Shown here piece after piece: positions 56,634 to 64,000 of a DNA stretch of 64,000 bases. Each line of letters begins with the position of its first letter. Positions within the stretch are counted from its first letter, which is position 1. The stretch is from contig MU005957.1 of assembly GCA_010093745.1 (NCBI GenBank), positions 62,001 through 126,000 on the forward strand. The letters run 5' to 3'. This DNA comes from Piedraia hortae CBS 480.64. Its lineage: Eukaryota. The notes under the pieces were generated by a model, which did no database searches, was not told the DNA's origin, and saw only the letters and a program-made list of their open reading frames with translations. The translations under genes and the position numbers were made by a program.

Positions 56634-56957
56634 TTTGATGGATGGGAAGAGAAGAGGAGAAAAGAGCGACTCTGAGAAATTGAAATGAGCGTCTGTTTGG
56701 ACTCCCTGAGCCGCGCGATTGGACAGGGCTGCCTGGACTCGGTAAATTAATCTATTCTCGGTCGTCACCCCGGCAGCCTGAATCATGTCATTGACCAATT
56801 GTGCCAGTGTTTCATGTCCTACATTTCTATTTTTGGCTACCATCGTGGCATTTCCCACGTGTCTGACGCATTTTCAAAAAATTCGCTATTGACCGAAGAG
56901 ACGGCTTAGATCAATCTTTTGTCCAGTCTAGAGATGATGTTAGTATTGGTTAACTTC

Positions 56958-57416
56958 TTACTGTGGACTTACCTGTTCAACGGGCTTCTTGCACCGTTCC
57001 ACACAATCCATAATTGTTCTGGCAATACGGTCTCTGATGCCCAACATCTTCTCGTCATCCGAATATATCCAAAAACCCACCATCTTCTGCTCGTGCCCAG
57101 GGATGTCAACCATGATAAACCCTGTCTGTGCGTCAAGGTCAATATCTCTAACCGCCGAAAGCGGCAGTATGTAGTTTTCAAGGCTCTTGCGGTTCAGAAC
57201 AAAGACTTGAGACAAACCATTTGTAAGCTGGCATATGAAGAGCGTTCCTTCAAACCCGGCATTTGCCCACGTAGAGGTTTCTGGAGAAAAGGTGTATACC
57301 ACAGCAAAAGGCGCAAGATCGATGATGCTTGCAATGGACGGATCATACCGCCGCAGGACTCCAAGGTTCAGTTCCTGGACACCGACTGCCCCGCTTCCGT
57401 TGAGATTGATTGTCAT
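56958..57416 (-). CDS. DCP1: mRNA-decapping subunit Dcp1 (EVH1 domain)
   Basis: LNLGVLRRYDPSI..I, VVYTF..W..GFEGTLFICQL, VLNRKSLEN, GFWIY. Confidence 0.88.
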   Translation of the reverse strand: MTINLNGSGAVGVQELNLGVLRRYDPSIASIIDLAPFAVVYTFSPETSTWANAGFEGTLFICQLTNGLSQVFVLNRKSLENYILPLSAVRDIDLDAQTGFIMVDIPGHEQKMVGFWIYSDDEKMLGIRDRIARTIMDCVERCKKPVEQVSPQ

Positions 57417-57620
57417 GATGCTTGTTGAAAGTGAGATGTTGCCCACACAACCGTTTGAGTTAACTCGTTTCGCTGTGGCAACCGTTGAGTTTCAGCCAAT
57501 GAGGGGCCGTTTTGTCGGACGCCTTGGCAGCCTCGTAACGGATGCTCCCGGTGAGCGGAAACGGTCCCGTCCGCTGCAAATTTCTCCGTCAGACGTCTGC
57601 GAAAAGGCAGTCTGAACACA

Positions 57621-59612
57621 ATGCAGAGAATATTCCGAAGATGTGTGGTGGCGGCTCCCAGATTGCGAACAGCTGCACCAAGGCTCCCCTTTCGTTATAT
57701 CCATCCCTCGCCTATTGTACGCCAGGAGGCCCAAGCCGCGGGCGAGTTTAAGGAGGATGAGAAAATCACAAAATTCCGCCAGCTAGAAGAGCGAGGCTTC
57801 ATCCACCCGAATATTGTCAAAAATCTCGTGGGAAATATGAAGTTGGAAACCTTGACCGAGGTTCAGCAAAAGACCATCAACCAGGCACTAGACGGAAAGG
57901 ACATCATCGCCCAAGCCAAGACCGGCACAGGCAAGACTCTAGCTTTCCTCCTACCCATCCTACAAAACATCATCAAAATCGACCCAGACCTCGCGCGCGC
58001 CAACTACTCTTTCAAAGGCCCGCGAACAACAGCAGACGACATCCGCGCCCTCGTCATCTCTCCCACCCGAGAACTCGCGGAGCAGATCGCCCAAGAAGCA
58101 AGGCGCGCAGTCCGGGGCACAAGCATCGTCGTCCAAACAGCCGTAGGCGGCACTCAAAAAGCGCGCGGCCTCCAATCCATCTTGCGCGAAGGCTGCCATT
58201 TACTCGTCGCCACACCCGGCCGCTTAAAAGACATCATGACAGACAACTACTCCCAAATCGAAATGCCGGACCTCAGCGTTCTAGTTCTCGACGAAGCCGA
58301 CAGGCTTCTCGACCAAGGCTTCTGGGCCGAGATCCAAGAAATCATGCAACTCCTCCCGGCAAGGGAAGAAGTCGACCGCCAAACCCTCATGTTCTCCGCC
58401 ACCGTACCCCCCGACGTTGTCCGCGTCGTCCGCCGTACTCTAAAACCAGGTTTCAACTTCGTCCAATGCGTTCCCGCAGACGAAGAACCAACGCACAAAC
58501 GCATCCCCCAAAAAGTCATAAATGTCAACGGATTCGAAAATATGCTCCCCACCCTCGCGGAGCTTATCCAACGGGGAATTGATGCCTCGAGTGAACCTAC
58601 CGGTCGGCCCTTCAAAGCTATAGTCTACTTCAACAGCACGGCAGAAGTAACCCTCGCCGACGAAATCCTCAACAACCTATCCTCCCCCGGTGCCGAGGGC
58701 AGCGAACACCCATCCCGCCGCCGCCACCCCTGGAAGAGGATATCGATCCTACCAATCCACTCCAAACTAACCCAATCTCAACGCACCCGCGCCGCGGAAA
58801 CCTTCAAGCGGAGCAAATCCGCTATTTTGCTAAGCTCAGACGTAACAGCAAGAGGGATGGATTTCCCTGACGTAACGCACGTGATTCAAATGGGCGTTCC
58901 CCAGGACCGGGAGAGCTATATCCACCGGATCGGACGGACGGGGCGTGCGGGGAAGGAAGGGGAGGGGTGGTTGATTCTCCCTCCGGCGGAGATCAGGGAA
59001 TCGAGGACTAGGCTACGCGGGCTGCCGATTAAGCAGGATGGTAGTTTTGGATCGGCGACGGCGGATCTGGTAAGGGAAGATGTGGAATTGGCGCCGGAGG
59101 TTGGAGGGATTGTAGAGATGCTTCGCAAGGCGGCGGAGGGGGTGCCTTATCGAGCGAAGGCGGCGGTTTATAGTGCTATGCTTGGTACGCATTCGTACGT
59201 GAGTGATAAAGAGGGTTTTATGGCGGCGTTGAATCGTCTGGCGACGAAGGGCTGGGGGATGGGGGAGCCGCCGACGCTTTCGGCGGGGATTGTGGGACGG
59301 TTGGGGTTGAGTAGGGTGCCGGGGGTGAGGGTTGGGGGGAGGGAGGATGGGGAGAAGTTTGGGAAGGATGCGTTTGAGAGGACTGGTTTGTTTCAGAGGG
59401 ACTCGTTCCAGAGGAGGGATAGAGAACGAGGGTTTGAGAGGAAGGATCCCTTTCAGAGGGCAGGGTTTCGAGAGAGGAGGCCGTTTGAGAGGAATGGAAG
59501 CCGGGGCGGGTTTCGTCCACGGTACTCGAATAAACTCGACGGAGGGAAGAACTTCCGAGATGGGGATACTCGACGGGGATGGACGAAGAGGAACAAAGAC
59601 TCCCCCTTTTAG
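57621..59612 (+). CDS. MSS116: Mitochondrial DEAD-box RNA helicase (Mss116/CYT-19)
   Basis: Presequence; AKTGTGKT, PTRELA, DEAD, SAT, ARGMD, HRIGRTGR; basic C-tail. Confidence 0.9.
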   Translation: MQRIFRRCVVAAPRLRTAAPRLPFRYIHPSPIVRQEAQAAGEFKEDEKITKFRQLEERGFIHPNIVKNLVGNMKLETLTEVQQKTINQALDGKDIIAQAKTGTGKTLAFLLPILQNIIKIDPDLARANYSFKGPRTTADDIRALVISPTRELAEQIAQEARRAVRGTSIVVQTAVGGTQKARGLQSILREGCHLLVATPGRLKDIMTDNYSQIEMPDLSVLVLDEADRLLDQGFWAEIQEIMQLLPAREEVDRQTLMFSATVPPDVVRVVRRTLKPGFNFVQCVPADEEPTHKRIPQKVINVNGFENMLPTLAELIQRGIDASSEPTGRPFKAIVYFNSTAEVTLADEILNNLSSPGAEGSEHPSRRRHPWKRISILPIHSKLTQSQRTRAAETFKRSKSAILLSSDVTARGMDFPDVTHVIQMGVPQDRESYIHRIGRTGRAGKEGEGWLILPPAEIRESRTRLRGLPIKQDGSFGSATADLVREDVELAPEVGGIVEMLRKAAEGVPYRAKAAVYSAMLGTHSYVSDKEGFMAALNRLATKGWGMGEPPTLSAGIVGRLGLSRVPGVRVGGREDGEKFGKDAFERTGLFQRDSFQRRDRERGFERKDPFQRAGFRERRPFERNGSRGGFRPRYSNKLDGGKNFRDGDTRRGWTKRNKDSPF

Positions 59613-59706
59613 GGAATTGTATAACACCTGTACGATATCTGTACGATAACTCCCACTTCATACACAAATGGGTATATTAATTACTTCGTCAAACTAATAA
59701 GTATAT

Positions 59707-61282
59707 CTAAACCCTTGATCCCAGATCCTCATTCCCATGTTCCAAACGATGATCCCTCTTCCCGTTCAACCTAGCCTTATTCTCCATTTTGATATACCCC
59801 AACGTGATAACCGTCCCAATAAGCAATAACCCAATCGCACCGAGATTGATCGCATGTCCCTCGATATACTTTGGTGCGTGCTTCGACCTGTTATCCGCGT
59901 TAGCATCTATCCATCCCACAGGACATCGTCGATCTCACAAGTAAGTAAATGTCGCAACAAAAGCCCCACAATTCCCAATCGCAACCTGCAGCCCCAGACC
60001 GGTGGCACGCACATAATGCGGTGCGAGGTTGTTACTCAACCAGGCCAAACAAAGCGGTGAACAGGGGAACATCCCCGCCGCGACAAAAAAGGTGCCCGCG
60101 TATTTGACGCCTGGGCTGTGAGAGGCCAATTGCATGATATACCCCACCGCACCGATCGTGGCGCAGGAGAGGATCAAAGGACCACGCATTTTGATGCGAT
60201 CGCTGAGGAAGGAGATGAAGATGACGGATAGGAAGGCGAGGAAGTTTGGTGGGACGGTTAGTAACTGAGCTTTGACGTTGGAGTAGCCCAATCCTTTGAT
60301 GATGGAGGGGAGAAAGAGACTGTAGCTGTAGATTGGGATTAGGACGAGGAAGAAGATTAGGCTCATGGCGATGGTGTTGAAGTTGAGGAGGGCGAGACGG
60401 ATGGAGGAGAGGGTAAAGTGGTCGTTTTCTTCACGGAGGTGGGTTGGGGAGGCCGCGCCGTGCATGTCTTCGTGGAGCATGCGCATTGCGTGGTCTTTTT
60501 CCCTGGGGGTGAGGAAGTTGGCTTGCGAGGGGGTGTGAGGAAGGAAGAAGTAGGCCACGATGGCGACGAGGATGGTCATGGCGCCTTCGATGAAGAAGAC
60601 TTGAGGATGGGTCAGTTGGGACGTTCTGTAAGGATTGAATAGACGTACTCCAGGGCCAGCCGTTGTAGCCGTGAAAGTGAATGCGTGCAAGTCCGGTTGC
60701 GAGGAGCCCGCCAAATGCTCCCGAGAGAGGAGCGGCGCAGTAGAATATTCCCAGACGGAACATGAGGTTGTATCGCTTGTAAAACATGCCGAGATAGAGG
60801 ATGATGCCGCCAAACATGCCGCCTTCACAGGCGCCAAGAAGTAGACGGCAGATGATCAGTCCCGTGTAGCTCTTCACTGCGCCCATGCAGACGCCGATTA
60901 TGCCCCAGGCCGCAGCCAGGATGGGCAGATAATGGCCTCCGCCCACTTTGGCGAGGACCCAGTTCGATGGGATGTCAACCAGGATATACAAAATGTAGAA
61001 GACGGTCAGTGCTACGTTATATTTTTCTCCAGTGAGATGGAGGTCCTTGGCCAGGCCATCGATGCGCGCATTTCCTGTTCAGTTTGTTAATGGGCTGCTG
61101 ACTGCTGATTTAAAAGACATGCCAATGTTGCTCCGGTCAATAAAGGCGAGCAGCCAGAGAAGAAAAATCCATGGCAGGATGTGAAGGTCGAATTTGCGCC
61201 TAAATCGATCGTCAAGGCCAGCGTCTTCCTGGAAAGCCGGCGCATCTTCAACAGCAACAGAATCGCTCTTCTCGGTAGTCAT
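59707..61282 (-). CDS. MFS anion:cation symporter (TNA1/DAL5-like); join 61282-61123, 61074-60649, 60599-59939, 59887-59707
   Basis: KFDLHILP, DRSNIGNARI, RLLLGACEGG, GWPWIFFIEG, LSDRIKMRGP; three introns, the first GC-AG. Confidence 0.9.
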
Positions 61283-61752
61283 ATTGCGATGAGAAAGGAC
61301 TGCGTCTGGCCACTTGCCCAGGCCATGCAGCCCATCTGGCTTATTAAAATGGCATCCTCAAGCCTGTTTCCCGAACGGGCCATTTAATTCGATCATCTTG
61401 ATTTTTGATAGACGGGAGCTAGTATGAATTGGGCTAGTCTAAACGACACCAGCCAATGCGCTTTTCGTGTCGTCCGCAACCTAGCCTGATGAGGGCTAGC
61501 CTTCCGTATTTTGCTTTACGTGCGGGGTGCGGGGGGATCAACCAATCCTTTTGGCGTCGCATCAGAGCAGTGGAGCATCGGTGCCGGGCGGAACACTACG
61601 TTAGGTTCAGCTGGCGTCGAATCTTGCTGGCGACGGCTGCTAACAGCCGCCAGCTTCGACGACGTGGAGGTGAATGTGATAGTCACGCTGTGATACGTGG
61701 TGCGATACCCACATGCCGCATGCTCCGCCAACACTGACTCTAGTCCACGACA

Positions 61753-64000
61753 ATGGTCAAGCCCGACGTCAAGCACAGTGCGTTTTATCGTCGGCGCGCA
61801 TTCGCAGCTAACGTTGGCAGACTATTACGCCGACTTGGAGCTCCCGCCAAACTCTAGCCTAGACGATGTCAAGAAGCAATATCGTAAGCTCGCGCTGCTC
61901 TATCATCCAGACCGAAATGCCGGCCAGGAAGACATATTCGTACCAAAATTTCAGGCAATTCAGATGGCGCACGAAGTTCTGGGCGATCCAGTGATCAAGG
62001 CCAAGTACGATGCCGACCGCAGCAGGACGGGAGGAAGTTCGTGGGGAGCGGCACGTCCCAAGGGAAATCCATATGCCGCGCAAGCCGCCTATCCACGTCC
62101 TCCGCGCCGGACACAGCCCGGCCAGTGGGATCGATCGGGAGAGAGGCCATCGACGAATCCGTGGTCTTCCTACCCAGACAAGAACCGCGGGCGGCCACCC
62201 CCTCCACCACGAGATCCGGCCCAGGACAGAACCAACATGTTCAAGGCGTGGCAGAACATGAACAGCGCAAGAGACCGTCAGCAGCAGCCCAGCGCTTCTT
62301 TTCGTCCGCCACCGCCGCCACGACCGTCCCGAGCCGACCACAACATGCCCAGTGAAGAGGAAATCAGAGCCGGAATGAATTACCGCAGACCGCCTACCAG
62401 CGACTCTGCCGAAGCCCGACGGACGGCCTGGGCAAATGCGCAGCCGCAACGCAGCAATACCACCAAGACGCCGCGGAAACAGGGCTTCGATCCTAAGCAG
62501 CCCGGATCTGATGAGCGGCCGGCACCGGCGACGCCATCTGCTTACTCGTATGTGCGTCGTTCGACGGACCAGGAACGACCTCCGCCCGCTGCTCCACCGC
62601 CAGGTCCTCCCCCGCAACGCCCTCCTAGAAGTTACAAACCGCCACACCTGTCCACGCCACAACCGGAAAAGGCCAAGGCTCCCTCGACCAGCGAAGGCGA
62701 AGTTCCTTTTGCCGAAGGCAATCGTATTCGAACGCCATACTCTTCCTTTATCGGAGAAAAGACGCCGTTCCAACGGACGCCAAGCTATCAACGGCCTTCA
62801 AGCACGTCCCGTGCTGCCACCGAGCATCCAGTTAATGGGGGCGTTCCCCGGGCGCAGAGCCATAGCCCCACAACTAAGAGTTCTGAAAAACAGTCTCCTT
62901 GGGTGGACGACGCCAGCAGCACCAGCAGCGAGCAATCTCCAAACGATGATAAATCGGAGGAAGAAGAATCATCAGAGAGTGACAAACCTGATGAAAGACA
63001 GTCAAGGCCAGCACAACGACCGATCAAAGTCCCTACGCCGCTTGCTAAGCGGTTTCCTGCATCTGGTCAGCAGCAGCCGTCGGGGGGCAATGGAAGCACT
63101 ACGCCGATATTCTCATTTCCATATCAGCACTCGTACGATCCCAATGCTAAGAGCAGGAGTGAGGAATCAGTTAACACACACTTTGCCCCTTCTGGGTGGA
63201 GCGGCAAATTCCAGGGAGCCTCGGGCCATGGATATTTCCGTGCTCCATCTTCGCCGTCCAAGAGACAGAGACCGTTTACCCCGACCGGCTCTACCATACG
63301 GGAGACTAGTCCTATCAAACCTCAATTTACTACTCCTGCCAATCCTGCCAAGAGGTTCGACCAGAAAGAATGGCAAGACACGATACAAAACCAGAATCTG
63401 TTCGGCGGGTCCGTTCCAGAAACCACGGCAGCAAAGATGGACCAGCAACAGCCTCACGTTATGGACGAGGGTCAAGCTGCTGCCGTCGAAGGCCGATCAA
63501 CACCCGAAGCCGATAAAATGGACATTGATCCTCCTAGAGAACCCTCTCGTGAACCTCCCCAACAAAAGCAGCCAAGACTGTACTCTGTCCCACCATCAAC
63601 TTGGCGTCTCAGCCAACAGCATACCAACGGTCTCAGCCAGCCAAAGGAGGAAGAGGAGGAGGATACTCTCAAGACAAGTCTCCAAGACCTGGGAAATGTG
63701 CACCCTCTCCAACCCCAAACTGATTCAACCAACGGGCTAGGCGACATGTCTGAGTTATCCTCCACCCTACCCTTTGAATCGCGCGCCTCATCACAAGTAC
63801 CCCTCACCACCAATGAATCTAACGACGACGGAGCACGCCAAACCGCCGAGGACCTCATCCGAACCATGCCCCTACCACCCACAGCCCCTCAGATGCTGAC
63901 ACGCGACTTGTGGAAGTCCCACGTCCGCAACTTTGCCCATTACATTTCCCGCTACCATCTCTTCAACAGACATATGCTCGAGTACTTTGCCTCGCGCGAG
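61753..64000 (+). CDS. DnaJ-domain protein with long Pro/Ser-rich region, 3' partial; join 61753-61777, 61821->64000
   Basis: MVKPDVKHNYYADLEL...KKQYRKLALLYHPDRN...FQAIQMAHEVLGDP..KAKYD; 43-nt intron; frame appears open to the window end. Confidence 0.9.

Noticed and set aside
56903..56914. GGCTTAGATCAA match to U2 snRNA
   Set aside because: Only 12 nt; the following GTGTAGTA branch-recognition sequence is absent
62436..63740. 434-aa overlapping ORF on +
   Set aside because: Shadow frame of the Pro/Ser-rich DnaJ gene, whose own frame stays open; no domain features

Overview
Gene-dense, intron-poor chromosomal DNA from a filamentous ascomycete. Short 43-54 nt spliceosomal introns with GCTAAC/GCTGAC-type branch points and the protein families point to Pezizomycotina, possibly a compact-genome Dothideomycete (inference). 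About 27 protein genes are supported: HIS5 (partial), DGK1, RAD6, a UBE2O-like E2, COG8, an RPN4-like factor, a Ser/Thr-rich membrane protein, an SDR, MTG2/Obg, a hypothetical gene, ketopantoate reductase, TAM41, BIR1, an ASG1-like Zn2Cys6 factor, SDS3-like, a histidine-phosphatase family gene, a 5'-nucleotidase, reticulon, an XBP1-like APSES factor, SNU23, TOP2, a TBC Rab-GAP, a membrane-anchored lysozyme-fold protein, DCP1, MSS116, an MFS permease and a partial DnaJ protein. Three gene-poor islands hold the unusual material. (1) 0.5-5.5 kb: a decayed PIF/Harbinger element abutting a Mutator (MULE) fragment, then about 2.2 kb with no credible ORF but dense nested helices with G-U pairs on the + strand, a candidate large structured ncRNA in the telomerase-RNA size class (identity unproven). 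(2) 18-21.3 kb: a frameshifted ASH1-like SET-domain pseudogene and a copia RT relic. (3) 31.3-34.8 kb: unidentified decayed reading frames. Many genes switch from C-rich 5' halves to G-rich 3' halves. All calls are by eye; no database searches or folding programs were run.
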